Shown in pieces: positions 9,406 through 19,463 of a stretch of DNA of 49,200 nucleotides. A program made the position numbers and the translations under genes. This DNA is from Candidatus Saccharimonadota bacterium (lineage in GTDB: Bacteria; Patescibacteriota; Saccharimonadia; Saccharimonadales; JAUPVS01). The notes beneath the pieces are model-generated. The model had not been told where the DNA came from, did no database searches, and saw only the letters and a program-made list of their open reading frames with translations. Positions within the stretch are counted from its first letter, which is position 1. Every line of letters begins with the position of its first letter. Location of the stretch: NCBI GenBank assembly GCA_037139495.1, contig JBAXGG010000003.1:1-49200 (forward strand). The letters run 5' to 3'.

Positions 9406-10372
9406 TATGCATTTAGTCGCTAAAGACTTTTTAAAGGATGAGCTAGAAAAAGAACCAATTCGCAAAGGCTTTGGCCGGGGTTTACTAGAAGCCGGTAAGC
9501 GTGATGAGAACGTTGTTGGAGCCTGTGCTGACCTGACCGATTCTACCCAAATGAGTCTCTTTCGCGATGAATTTCCCGAGCGTTTTGTTGAAATTGGTGT
9601 GGCTGAACAAAATCTGGTTACGGTTGGTGCTGGCCTTGCCGCCATGGGTAAAATTCCTTTTGTCAGTAGCTACGCCACGTTTAGTCCAGGGCGCAACTGG
9701 GAACAGATTCGCACCACTATCTGCCTCAACTACCAGCCGGTCAAGATTATTGGCTCCCATGCGGGTCTATACACTGGTAAAGATGGTGCAACGCATCAAA
9801 TGCTTGAAGACCTAGCTTTAATGCGAGTGCTGCCTAACATGGTCGTATTAGCACCAGGCGATAGTGTTGAGGCCGAAAAAGCCACTCTCGCTATGGCAGT
9901 CGATAAGCGGCCTAATTACATGCGTTTAACCCGTGAGCCGACGCCAGTATTTACTACTGCCGAAACTCCTTTTGAAATCGGTAAAGCTTACGTTTTTAGC
10001 CTTGGCAAGGACATTACGATTATTGCTACCGGCACAATGACCTTCCAAGCGCTGGTGGCAGCCGAAATACTGTTTAAAGATGGTATTGATGCCGAAGTCA
10101 TTCACTGCCCAACTATCAAACCACTTGATGCAGCTACTTTGCTAGCCAGCGTCCAGAAAACTCGTGCCGTTATAACTGTTGAGGAAGGCCAGGTTATTGG
10201 CGGACTTGGTGGGGCTGTAGCCGAATTCTTAGGTGAACACTGCCCACGACCACTTAAACGGATTGGTATGAAAGATCACTTCGGCGAATCAGGCGACCCT
10301 GTCGATCTACTTGAACATTTTGGCTTAACAGCCAAACATATTGCTTTGGCCGCACATCAACAGTTACAATAA
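9398..10372 (+). CDS. tkt: Transketolase, C-terminal subunit
   Basis: ADL..S, GVAEQN, DGATHQ, TIKPLD, GGLG; ATG 9398 overlaps the stop of the N-terminal subunit gene. Confidence 0.93.
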   Translation: MSNMHLVAKDFLKDELEKEPIRKGFGRGLLEAGKRDENVVGACADLTDSTQMSLFRDEFPERFVEIGVAEQNLVTVGAGLAAMGKIPFVSSYATFSPGRNWEQIRTTICLNYQPVKIIGSHAGLYTGKDGATHQMLEDLALMRVLPNMVVLAPGDSVEAEKATLAMAVDKRPNYMRLTREPTPVFTTAETPFEIGKAYVFSLGKDITIIATGTMTFQALVAAEILFKDGIDAEVIHCPTIKPLDAATLLASVQKTRAVITVEEGQVIGGLGGAVAEFLGEHCPRPLKRIGMKDHFGESGDPVDLLEHFGLTAKHIALAAHQQLQ

Positions 10373-10387
10373 GCTTAAGGACTTTCA

Positions 10388-11299
10388 ATGCCACAAACAC
10401 TTCAACAGATTCGTGAAAACACCAAAAAGGCTCGGGCTACCATGGCTCGCGCTCGCAAAGACCACTTCGCTTTAGGCGCTTTTAACCTGGATAACCAAGA
10501 AACTCTAATTGCAGTTTGCAAGGCTGCCGCTTCTAAAAAAGCGCCAGTTCTAGTAGAAGTTAGCAAAGGTGAAGTTGATGCAATGGGGCTCGGCAATATC
10601 CGAGATATGGTCGACAACTATAAAGCCGAATACAACCTTGAGATTTATATTAACTTAGACCACTCTCCAACGGTAGAGGATGCCATTGCCGGTATCGAAA
10701 CTGGTTTTGAATTTATTCACATAGATGTAAGCCAGGCCAATCATAATGCCAGTGAGGCAGAAATAATCGAAGCCACTAAACGTGTCGTTGCCTGTGCGCG
10801 GCTAACTGGGGCTCTAGTGGAAAGTGAGCCACATTATTTCGGTGGTAGCTCAAATGTGCATACCGAAAATATTGATTACGATGAGATTAAAAAAACCTTC
10901 AGTACTCCAGAAGGCACCAGAAGTTTTGTTGAGGCCACCGGAATTGATACCTACGCTGCAGCTATCGGTAATCTCCATGGCCATTATCCTGTACCTAAGA
11001 AGCTTGACATCGAACTATTACAAAAGTTAAGAGATGTCATAGATTGTAATATCAGCTTACATGGCGGTAGCGACACCCCTGGACATTATTTTGTAGATGC
11101 CGTTAAAGTTGGTGTCACCAAGATTAATATCAACAGTGATATGCGAGTGGCCTACCGAGACACCTTAGAGAAAGTACTAAAAGACAACCCGACTGAATAT
11201 GCTGTGGTTAAATTGATGGGCCGAGTTGAAGACGCTGTCCAAAAAGTCGTCGAAAACAAGCTCGATATGTTTAACTCGGCCGGTAAAGCCAAGCCATAA
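10388..11299 (+). CDS. fba: Class II fructose-bisphosphate aldolase
   Basis: GAFN, NLDH, AIGNLHG, LHGGS, KININ. Confidence 0.93.
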   Translation: MPQTLQQIRENTKKARATMARARKDHFALGAFNLDNQETLIAVCKAAASKKAPVLVEVSKGEVDAMGLGNIRDMVDNYKAEYNLEIYINLDHSPTVEDAIAGIETGFEFIHIDVSQANHNASEAEIIEATKRVVACARLTGALVESEPHYFGGSSNVHTENIDYDEIKKTFSTPEGTRSFVEATGIDTYAAAIGNLHGHYPVPKKLDIELLQKLRDVIDCNISLHGGSDTPGHYFVDAVKVGVTKININSDMRVAYRDTLEKVLKDNPTEYAVVKLMGRVEDAVQKVVENKLDMFNSAGKAKP

Positions 11300-11302
11300 A
11301 AC

Positions 11303-12274
11303 ATGAGTAAACCTAAAATTATATCAATTGGAGCAGCCGTCCAAGATGTTTTTTTACAGGGCGAATTATTCCGCGCTCACCGCAATAAGGGAGAATCAGT
11401 TGAAGAGTTCGCTATGGGGAGTAAAAATGATGTCGAAGGTGTATATTTTAGCACCGGTGGTGGGGCTACTAATGCAGCAGTAACTTTTGCCCGCCAAGGT
11501 TTCCATAGCTACTACATGGGACAACTTGGCAACGACGTGCCGGCTCGGGCCATCAAAGAAGATTTGTTTAAAGACAAAGTAAACATCAGCCTTGTAAAAA
11601 TCAAGGAACACGTTAACACTGGCTATTCGGTTTTGTTGCTAGCTCCTAACGGCGAGCGAACTATTCTGACTTACCGCGGCGCTTCAATAGATTTTCAGAT
11701 TAAATCACTTGATTTCGCTCATACCAAACCAGATTGGTTTTATATTAGTTCACTGTCTGGTGATTACCAATCATTAAAAGTTATTATCGATTATGCTCGG
11801 AAAAACCACATCAAGGTTGCTATTAATCCAGGTTCGGCTGAACTAAAACACGGACACGACTTCAAAAAACTAATTCCTGACATTAGTATTTTGTGTGTTA
11901 ATAAAGAAGAAGCGCAGATGATCTTTAGGGGTGAGACCTGCGAGGATCTAGTCAGGCACGCTGTTAACCATATACCATTTGTAATTATAACCGATGGTCC
12001 TCGTGGCTCGGTAGCGAGCGACGGCCAAAGCATTTTTAAGGCTGGTATGTATGATGATGTACCTGTTGTCGACCGTACAGGAGCCGGTGACGCCTTTAGT
12101 AGTGGTTTCACAGCTATGATTGCCTCTGGTGTTCCGCTTGATAAAGCTATGATTTTTGCGAGCGCCAATTCAACTAATGTCGTCAGTAAACTCGGTGCTA
12201 AGGCTGGCATCCTCGAAGCAGGCACCCGCCTCCATACCATGCCTATAACTATCCACCCCATAATTCAAACTTAG
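11303..12274 (+). CDS. PfkB/ribokinase-family carbohydrate kinase
   Basis: GGGATNAA, G.D, GERTI, NPG, N..EA, DRTGAGDAF. Confidence 0.92.
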   Translation: MSKPKIISIGAAVQDVFLQGELFRAHRNKGESVEEFAMGSKNDVEGVYFSTGGGATNAAVTFARQGFHSYYMGQLGNDVPARAIKEDLFKDKVNISLVKIKEHVNTGYSVLLLAPNGERTILTYRGASIDFQIKSLDFAHTKPDWFYISSLSGDYQSLKVIIDYARKNHIKVAINPGSAELKHGHDFKKLIPDISILCVNKEEAQMIFRGETCEDLVRHAVNHIPFVIITDGPRGSVASDGQSIFKAGMYDDVPVVDRTGAGDAFSSGFTAMIASGVPLDKAMIFASANSTNVVSKLGAKAGILEAGTRLHTMPITIHPIIQT

Positions 12275-12291
12275 GCGTTTTAGATTTAAGC

Positions 12292-12369
12292 AATCTGTTC
12301 GGTGAGACACGTTGCGTCCGCAAAGATTCCTGAGGGTTCAGGACATACAGCCGAGTTACTGAACAGATT
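12292..12369 (+). ncRNA. Putative structured intergenic RNA/palindromic element, family unknown
   Basis: 14-bp closing stem 12292-12305/12356-12369 (2 G-U on the plus strand) enclosing hairpin TCCTGA-GGGT-TCAGGA (12328-12343). Confidence 0.4.
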
Positions 12370-12410
12370 ACTTTACCAGGCAAAGCGCTCATGTTAATCT
12401 TAGTGCAATT

Positions 12411-13652
12411 ATGAGTAAGATTTTGTCAGATCTCTTGGGCGCTACTGAGCCAATGTTTACGTTAGCTCTAAAACAGCTGGAGGAAGACAGTGGCAATCCG
12501 AGTGCCGATATCCGACTAACTGCTGAAATTACTGGCAAAATTCGACTCAAAACAATAGAACTCGGTTTAGACCCCGATGATACCACCGGCAGTGAGCTTT
12601 ATCATGCTTTGCTAAACCTTATCGCCAAGCAGGACGAACATTTAGTAAAACAAATCGGTGGTTCTGACCCCGATGATACTGCTGCCCTAATGCCTCTTAT
12701 CAGAAAGGCCTGGGAAGCCGTCGACACCAACAAGAGCTGCTGGGTTATCAAGCCGAGTGTCGCTAAAGCAATGCTAAAAAGAACACCGCCTAAAGCAATT
12801 ATGAAGCACCTGGGTTATCGTTCTATCGATTCGATGCTAAAACGTGAAAAACTCGGTGAGATATACGGTGCTTTGCGCTTTGCCGAGGATGCCAAGTGGC
12901 TTAATAATTTTGATGAACATTACAAAAAGCTTAAGCCATACGACTTTGAGACCCGCGAAATTGAGATTATCGAGATGCCATTAGAACGTTGGGGTGATTT
13001 ATCGGCTGCTTTCATTCACAAAAAGAAACATAACATCACCCATCTTAAAGAGCTAGGTGTTATTTTGATGCTGCCAATTGGAAAGGATGTTAGGTTGAAG
13101 GGCATAACTATCTTTGCATTACCCCTATTATTTCATTATCTTAACGAAATTAAACTTTACTCGGCGTTTTTTAAATTAAAACAGATGCAACCTAAGTTTG
13201 GTGAAATTGTCGCTAATACCCTGATTGCTGATACAGCCGAAGCTGCTATTATGGCTGGGCAAACTATCCACTGGCGAGTTATCCAGCGTTATTTTGCCCG
13301 ACTCGAGAACGAATATCATCCTGAAATTTTTGAACCTCACGTCCAACCAGAAGATTTACACTGGCGTCGAGCTGAGGAACTTTTGTTTAAAGTTGACCCA
13401 GAACTGGGCTTTTGGCGTGACTTGGACTACGTTGGCGTTATGCACGCCGGCCGGCCCGTAACAATGAACCTGCTAGACGTTGCCGCCAGTTACGTTAACG
13501 ATATGCCCTATGGTGAACGGGCGATTTACCATTTCCGTGACAGTCTATGGAACGAAGTATTCGTACGTTACATGGGCCAGAAGAACCTCGAACAACAAAT
13601 TCTTGGCCAGCTAGACAACAGCATGATTGCTCCTGAAAAGCTTAAAGTATGA
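12411..13652 (+). CDS. Hypothetical protein (413 aa, soluble)
   Basis: Long ORF on the operon strand, ATGA overlap with the next gene; no family recognised. Confidence 0.85.
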   Translation: MSKILSDLLGATEPMFTLALKQLEEDSGNPSADIRLTAEITGKIRLKTIELGLDPDDTTGSELYHALLNLIAKQDEHLVKQIGGSDPDDTAALMPLIRKAWEAVDTNKSCWVIKPSVAKAMLKRTPPKAIMKHLGYRSIDSMLKREKLGEIYGALRFAEDAKWLNNFDEHYKKLKPYDFETREIEIIEMPLERWGDLSAAFIHKKKHNITHLKELGVILMLPIGKDVRLKGITIFALPLLFHYLNEIKLYSAFFKLKQMQPKFGEIVANTLIADTAEAAIMAGQTIHWRVIQRYFARLENEYHPEIFEPHVQPEDLHWRRAEELLFKVDPELGFWRDLDYVGVMHAGRPVTMNLLDVAASYVNDMPYGERAIYHFRDSLWNEVFVRYMGQKNLEQQILGQLDNSMIAPEKLKV

Positions 13653-14254
13653 ACTATAGTATCTGTGTCTCGGGAGCCGCTGGTGGTAAAACTGTCAATG
13701 CAGCCCGGCCCTTAGCCGAGGCGTTGGGAAGAGAAATTGCAAAACGTGGACACACAATAACTACTGGTGCGACAGTCGGTCTGCCGTATTACGCGGCTCG
13801 CGCTGCTAAAGAAGCTGGTGGAATGAGTATTGGCTTTTCGCCAGCCGCTAGTTTACGAGAGCATCTTCACAAGTACCGATTACCAATCGGAGTTTTTGAT
13901 TTTATCAATTTTACTGGCATGCACTATGTTGGCCGTGATATTCACCTGGTTCAGTCCAGTGATGCAATTATTACTGTTGGTGGCCGTTTTGGCAGTCTGC
14001 ACGAGTTTACAACCGCTTTAGAGTCACGAATGCCTTGCGGAGTCTTAACAGGTAGCGGTGGTACCGCTGATGTCGTGGAAGAGCTAATGGAACGTCTGGA
14101 AGCCCCTAACCGGGACATGGTTGTATTCGATAGCGACCCAGATAACCTAATCAAAAAAATAATCAAAATTCTCGACAAGGAATATGCCGACATCGATCTT
14201 AAAGACGAATTAGCCCGCTGGTATCTTGACAGCAACGCTCCACATTATGGCTAG
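13649..14254 (+). CDS. LOG/SLOG-family protein (putative nucleotide phosphoribohydrolase)
   Basis: A..LG.EIA, TGATVGLP..AA, SIGFSP, R...LV..SDA, GGRFGSLHE (PGGxGTxxE variant). Confidence 0.82.
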   Translation: MNYSICVSGAAGGKTVNAARPLAEALGREIAKRGHTITTGATVGLPYYAARAAKEAGGMSIGFSPAASLREHLHKYRLPIGVFDFINFTGMHYVGRDIHLVQSSDAIITVGGRFGSLHEFTTALESRMPCGVLTGSGGTADVVEELMERLEAPNRDMVVFDSDPDNLIKKIIKILDKEYADIDLKDELARWYLDSNAPHYG

Positions 14255-14270
14255 ATGCTACAATAAGTAG

Positions 14271-16229
14271 ATGCCTCAATTTAAACTGGACTCCAAATAC
14301 CGTCCCGCCGGCGATCAGCCGTCGGCTATAAAGCAGTTGACCGAGGGTGTGCTAAAGGGGCTTAAAGAGCAGACTCTCCTGGGTGTAACAGGTTCCGGTA
14401 AAACCTTTACGATGGCTAATGTTATCCAGAACACTCAAAAACCGACATTGATTTTGAGCCATAATAAAACCCTGGCCGCACAACTCTACAGTGAGTTCCG
14501 TAACTTTTTCCCCGAAAACGAAGTCCACTATTTTGTAAGTTACTTCGATTACTACCAGCCCGAGGCCTATATTCCGCGCAGCGATACCTATATAGAAAAA
14601 GACAGCCAGATAAATGAAGAAATCGATCGATTGCGCCACGCCGCCACTGATGCGCTACTGTCTCGCAAAGACGTAATTATTGTCGCCAGCGTCAGCTGTA
14701 TTTACGGTATCGGCTCAGTTGAGGACTACAACGGACTATCTATCGTGGTAAACAAGGGTCAACGGCTGATTCGTGACAAGTTTTTGCGCCGCCTAACTGA
14801 CATCCAGTATCAGCGCAATGATATCGACTTTCATCGCGGTACTTTTAGGGTACGGGGCGACGTCGTTGACGTTTTCCCGGCTGGCGAGGAATTAGCCTAT
14901 CGAATCGATTTTGACGGTGATGACGTCGAAAAAATCACTAAAATCGATCCATTAACTGGCGAAGTCTTGGCTCAATTAAAAGAATTTAAGATATTCCCAA
15001 GTAGTCACTATGTCACTCCCTTCGACAAACTGAAGGTTGCTATGGTCAGTATTCAGAATGAACTTAATGACCGGCTCAAACTATTCAAGAAAAGAGGCCA
15101 ATTACTGGAAGCTCAGCGTCTCAACCAACGGACAAAGTTCGATCTGGAAATGCTCGAGGAAACTGGGTTTGTTAAAGGAATCGAGAATTATAGTCGTTAC
15201 TTAACTAGCCGCGAGCCGGGCGAACAACCGGCCACATTGCTAGACTATTTCCCAGATGACTTTTTGATGTTTGTCGATGAGTCACATATGACCATGCCGC
15301 AGGTGCGCGGTATGTACAACGGTGACCGCGCCCGCAAAGAAGTACTAGTTGAGCACGGCTTTAGGTTGCCCAGCGCCCTAGACAACCGACCATTAACGTT
15401 TACTGAATTCGAACAACATGTTAATCAGGCGATCTACGTAAGTGCTACACCAGCCGACTATGAACTATCACGCAGCCCGGCTCCAGCCCAGCAGGTTATT
15501 CGCCCTACCGGCTTGCTCGATCCTCCAATTACTATCCGCCCGGTCGACGGTCAGATTGATGATTTGATTGCCGAAATCCGCGATACCGTTGCCAAGCACC
15601 AGCGCGTACTAGTTACGACTCTGACTAAGCGGATGTCTGAAGACTTAACCGACTACCTAAAAGAGCTAAACATCAAGGTAACGTACTTACATAGTGACAT
15701 TGATACTTTGGATCGTACCGACATTTTGCGAGATTTGCGCCTCGGCGTCTACGACGTTGTAGTTGGGATTAACTTGCTACGCGAAGGCCTCGACCTGCCC
15801 GAAGTTTCGCTAGTTGCCATACTTGATGCCGATAAAGAAGGATTTTTACGGAGTGAACAGGCCTTGGTGCAGACAATTGGCCGTGCCGCCCGCCACATTG
15901 ATGGACGGGTAATTATGTACGCCGACCATGTTACCGGCAGCATGCAGCGAGCTCTGGACGAAACCAACCGACGCCGCACTATTCAGGCCGCTCACAACAA
16001 AAAGAACGGCATAACACCAGAAGGGATCGCCAAGGCTATCGAAAAGGGAATGCGCCCCGATATGCCCGAAGAGCCAACTCGACTGAACCTAAAGAAGATT
16101 CCTAAAGACGAGTACGGCCACATTATCCGTGAGCTCAGTGCTCAAATGGAGCTAGCCTCGGCCAACCTACAGTTCGAGAAGGCTGCTGAGTTGAGAGATA
16201 TTATCGCCGACGTTAAGAGCAAAATCTGA
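14271..16229 (+). CDS. uvrB: Excinuclease ABC subunit B
   Basis: [29 protein letters not shown]-terminal UVR domain FEKAAELRD. Confidence 0.98.
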   Translation: MPQFKLDSKYRPAGDQPSAIKQLTEGVLKGLKEQTLLGVTGSGKTFTMANVIQNTQKPTLILSHNKTLAAQLYSEFRNFFPENEVHYFVSYFDYYQPEAYIPRSDTYIEKDSQINEEIDRLRHAATDALLSRKDVIIVASVSCIYGIGSVEDYNGLSIVVNKGQRLIRDKFLRRLTDIQYQRNDIDFHRGTFRVRGDVVDVFPAGEELAYRIDFDGDDVEKITKIDPLTGEVLAQLKEFKIFPSSHYVTPFDKLKVAMVSIQNELNDRLKLFKKRGQLLEAQRLNQRTKFDLEMLEETGFVKGIENYSRYLTSREPGEQPATLLDYFPDDFLMFVDESHMTMPQVRGMYNGDRARKEVLVEHGFRLPSALDNRPLTFTEFEQHVNQAIYVSATPADYELSRSPAPAQQVIRPTGLLDPPITIRPVDGQIDDLIAEIRDTVAKHQRVLVTTLTKRMSEDLTDYLKELNIKVTYLHSDIDTLDRTDILRDLRLGVYDVVVGINLLREGLDLPEVSLVAILDADKEGFLRSEQALVQTIGRAARHIDGRVIMYADHVTGSMQRALDETNRRRTIQAAHNKKNGITPEGIAKAIEKGMRPDMPEEPTRLNLKKIPKDEYGHIIRELSAQMELASANLQFEKAAELRDIIADVKSKI

Positions 16230-16250
16230 ATAGATTAATAGTGCCAGCGT

Positions 16251-17282
16251 TTAAGTAGTTTGATTCCTGAAGTACTCTAATTTGGCGTTAATTGTTTTAG
16301 GGTTGGCGATAGAAAGGTGAGTTCCGGTTATCACCTCAGTAGTAACAGCCTGACGGGATGTTCCGTTTGGACCACGTAGAATTTTGTGGAATTTCCGTTT
16401 CTGGTTACCGATACTATGCTCAAATAGTCGATAATGTGCTTTTTGTGTTTCTGGAATGTGAGCTATTAGATGTCCCAAATCCCCCCAAAAAAGAGCTCTA
16501 GGTAAAAGTGCGTTGCCAATGATATATTCCGTCGATAACTCAATCGTTTTAATATAGCTTGTCGCGTCCTCTTCTTCGTTAATTAGTCGAATAGCCTGGC
16601 GAAACAGACAGTATGCTTCTTTAGCAATGTATTCGGGGTGCTTAAGGAATTTTAAGGCCTCTTCTAGGCCAATTCTAGATACCATACATGGGTCAACGAA
16701 ATAGCCGTCGCGGACTACTCGATCAAAAGCTTCGGAGTAGGCTATCACACCGGTACTGGTCATAGCACCATTTGAATCTCCTTCAGCATCAATGATTGTG
16801 GTTTGTAGCTTATCTTCGAACTTTTGAGCGACAACCCCTAGTGCTAAGTGGACATCCCAGGAATTGCGATAAAGGCTATGACCCTGGTTAGGGACCCCTT
16901 GCCGGTAAGTATGTCTTCCCAATTCTCCTAGACGATCACTAGTCCTTTGATTAAAACCACGATCTAAGCTAGTAAACCAAGCCGGTTCACCAACAATCGG
17001 TAAGTCCGAAATAGGATTTAAAGCTATTCCAACTACACCCCGGGCGCGGGTTCCATCGCTAAAATGTTGATTAAGTTGATAATAGTTAACAAACCGAGTA
17101 TCAAGGTCTGGTCGCGGTATCGGATCTCCAAGTAAATCGATCGAGATATCCCCGAACGTGGGCAGCGGACTGGTTTGCAAAATAAAAACGTCCGCTTTCT
17201 GAGGCGGACGGGTGGAATGCACAATTCCAAGTTTTCTTTCATCGGGACCAGGACCTTCAGACATCATTGCTGCTACTGACAT
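16251..17282 (-). CDS. Hypothetical protein, possible alpha/beta-hydrolase fold
   Basis: 343-aa ORF filling the uvrB-gatC gap; G-D-S-N-G elbow-like motif and a C-terminal GTH; SD-like AAAGG upstream. Confidence 0.7.
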   Translation of the reverse strand: MSVAAMMSEGPGPDERKLGIVHSTRPPQKADVFILQTSPLPTFGDISIDLLGDPIPRPDLDTRFVNYYQLNQHFSDGTRARGVVGIALNPISDLPIVGEPAWFTSLDRGFNQRTSDRLGELGRHTYRQGVPNQGHSLYRNSWDVHLALGVVAQKFEDKLQTTIIDAEGDSNGAMTSTGVIAYSEAFDRVVRDGYFVDPCMVSRIGLEEALKFLKHPEYIAKEAYCLFRQAIRLINEEEDATSYIKTIELSTEYIIGNALLPRALFWGDLGHLIAHIPETQKAHYRLFEHSIGNQKRKFHKILRGPNGTSRQAVTTEVITGTHLSIANPKTINAKLEYFRNQTT

Positions 17283-17393
17283 GGTAAAACCTTTTCTTTG
17301 TTCTTATGCTATTCCACGTGATCGTGTTTGTAAATAACATATTCCGAATTCAGTCTATTCTTACCTGTTAGAAATGCTATACTGAGAAAATAC

Positions 17394-17687
17394 ATGAGCA
17401 AACTTACGCGTCAAGACATATTAAAATTGGCTAAACTCTCGCGACTACAGCTGACTGATGCTGAAGTTAAGCAGTTAGAAATAGAAATTGGCTCTATCCT
17501 TAAGTACGTTGAGCAGCTACAAAGTGTCAACCTAGACGGTATAGAACCGACCTATCAAGTTACTGGTCTAAAAGATGTTACGCGTGCCGATAAAGTAATT
17601 GACTATCAGGCCAATCCAACTGATCTACTAAAAAATGCTCCAGTTACCGAAAAAAGCCATTTCAAGGTAAAAAGGATGGTCAATTAA
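17394..17687 (+). CDS. gatC: Asp/Glu-tRNA amidotransferase subunit C
   Basis: LAKLSRL, IL.YVEQL, EPT, R.D, NAP, F.V; precedes gatA. Confidence 0.93.
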   Translation: MSKLTRQDILKLAKLSRLQLTDAEVKQLEIEIGSILKYVEQLQSVNLDGIEPTYQVTGLKDVTRADKVIDYQANPTDLLKNAPVTEKSHFKVKRMVN

Positions 17688-19108
17688 TGAGCTGGCCAGA
17701 CATTGCCACGATTGCCAAAAACGTTCTGGCTGGCAAAACCACTGCTATCGAATCAGTTGAGCAGGCCCTTAAGTCTATAGACGAGCAAAAAGAATTCTCG
17801 GCAATTATTACTACTACGACGGAACGTGCTCGGCAAAGAGCCAAGTCAATCGATGAAGCCGTTGCCAGAGGCGAAAATCCCGGCCGCCTAGCAGGAGTAC
17901 CATTTATAGCTAAAGATAACTTTTTAACTTTTGGATCTGAAACTACTGCTGCCAGTAATATTCTAAAAGGCTTTAATGCTCCATATCAGTCTACCGCTAT
18001 CGAAAAACTAGAAGCCGAAGGTGCAATTTGTGTCGCCAAAGCAAATTTAGACGCTTTTGCTCATGGTGCTAGTACCGAAAACAGTGACTATATGACTACC
18101 AAAAACCCTCATGACTCGACACGTGTACCCGGTGGTAGTAGCGGTGGATCTGCGGTTTCGGTTGTTTTGGGCCTGGCTCCATTTGCAGTTGGTACTGATA
18201 CCGGTGGCTCCATCCGTCAGCCGGCCAGCTTTACTGGCGCGGTCGGCTTTAAGCCGACTTATGGATTAGTTTCGCGTAGTGGCGTTATAGCAATGGCTAG
18301 TAGTACCGACACGATCGGACCGTTAACTACAAACGTTGAGGATGCAGCTTTAGTCCTTGATGTTATGTCTGGCCAGGACCCGTTGGACAGCACGACTATC
18401 AAGCGTGATGAAACTAGCTATACGATTCTCGAAACACCAGTTAAAGGCGCTAAACTCGGTGTAGTCAAAGAATACATGGAAGGGTTAGACCCAAAAATTA
18501 AAGCCCTAATCATTAAACAAGTTGAAAATCTTAAGAGGGCCGGGGCCGAAGTTAGCGAGATTAGCCTGCCGTCTTTACCTTTGGCATTGGCATGTTACTA
18601 CATTATTTGTCCAGCCGAAGTTAGCAGTAACCTAAGTCGATATGATGGCCAGCATTTTGGTCGTCATACCCCAGATGCTAAAGATCTTGAGACCAGCTAT
18701 AGTCAAACGCGTAATCAAGGATTCGGGAGTGAAGCTAAGCGGCGAATCATGATCGGGACCTACGTTTTAAGCAGTGGCTATTACGACGCTTATTACAAAA
18801 AAGCTCAGCAACTGCGAACTAAGCTTATCAACGAATTCACAGAAGCTTTCAATAAATATGATTTCTGGGTTGGCCCAACTGCTCCGACCACAGCCTTTAA
18901 GATAGGGGAGAACGCAGCCGAACCACTGAAAATGTATCTTCAAGATATTATGACGGTTGCGGCAAACTTAGTTGGCATCCCAGCCATTAGTATACCAGCC
19001 GGAAAAATCGACGGATTGCCAGTTGGTTTGCAGATTATGGCTGCCCAGAGACATGATCGCCAATTGTTGGCGTTTGCAAAAAAAACCGAGGAGCTAAGCA
19101 ATGAATAA
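17687..19108 (+). CDS. gatA: Asp/Glu-tRNA amidotransferase subunit A
   Basis: Amidase signature KDN, PGGSSGGS, GTDTGGSIRQPA, RRIMIGTYVLS.GYYDAYY. Confidence 0.97.
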   Translation: MSWPDIATIAKNVLAGKTTAIESVEQALKSIDEQKEFSAIITTTTERARQRAKSIDEAVARGENPGRLAGVPFIAKDNFLTFGSETTAASNILKGFNAPYQSTAIEKLEAEGAICVAKANLDAFAHGASTENSDYMTTKNPHDSTRVPGGSSGGSAVSVVLGLAPFAVGTDTGGSIRQPASFTGAVGFKPTYGLVSRSGVIAMASSTDTIGPLTTNVEDAALVLDVMSGQDPLDSTTIKRDETSYTILETPVKGAKLGVVKEYMEGLDPKIKALIIKQVENLKRAGAEVSEISLPSLPLALACYYIICPAEVSSNLSRYDGQHFGRHTPDAKDLETSYSQTRNQGFGSEAKRRIMIGTYVLSSGYYDAYYKKAQQLRTKLINEFTEAFNKYDFWVGPTAPTTAFKIGENAAEPLKMYLQDIMTVAANLVGIPAISIPAGKIDGLPVGLQIMAAQRHDRQLLAFAKKTEELSNE

Positions 19109-19463
19109 AGTTCTCAAGGCCCTGCGTCTACGTCGCCGCAATCTCAATCCAGAAAAATTTATACCTCGCTGGAAGGAACTGCAAAAAATGCTTTGCAATA
19201 AAGAACAGTGGTCAGATGCCATTATCGCCGCTGACAAACTTCTGGACGAAGCCCTGCGAAAACTCCATTATAAAGGCAAAACTACGGGTGAACGGATGGT
19301 CTCGGCGCACACTTTATTCAGCGACATAGACGGTGTTTGGTTCGGTCATAAATTACGCAAAAATCTTGAAAGCAATACCCCACCTAAGCTCAAAGAAAAA
19401 GATGTTAAACATGCTTTGATGGGTATAGGCCAAGCTCTAAAAGACGTTGGAGCCCTCAAATAA
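19101..19463 (+). CDS. Hypothetical helical protein inside the gatCAB operon (HEPN/DUF4145-like by resemblance)
   Basis: 120-aa ORF overlapping the gatA stop and joined to gatB by TAATG; pattern AIIAADKLLDEAL..G.T.GER...W.GHKLR. Confidence 0.8.
   Translation: MNKVLKALRLRRRNLNPEKFIPRWKELQKMLCNKEQWSDAIIAADKLLDEALRKLHYKGKTTGERMVSAHTLFSDIDGVWFGHKLRKNLESNTPPKLKEKDVKHALMGIGQALKDVGALK

Noticed and set aside
14200-14270. LexA/SOS box upstream of uvrB (also looked before radA and recG)
   Set aside because: No shared palindrome recognised; the spacers hold little more than a -10 box
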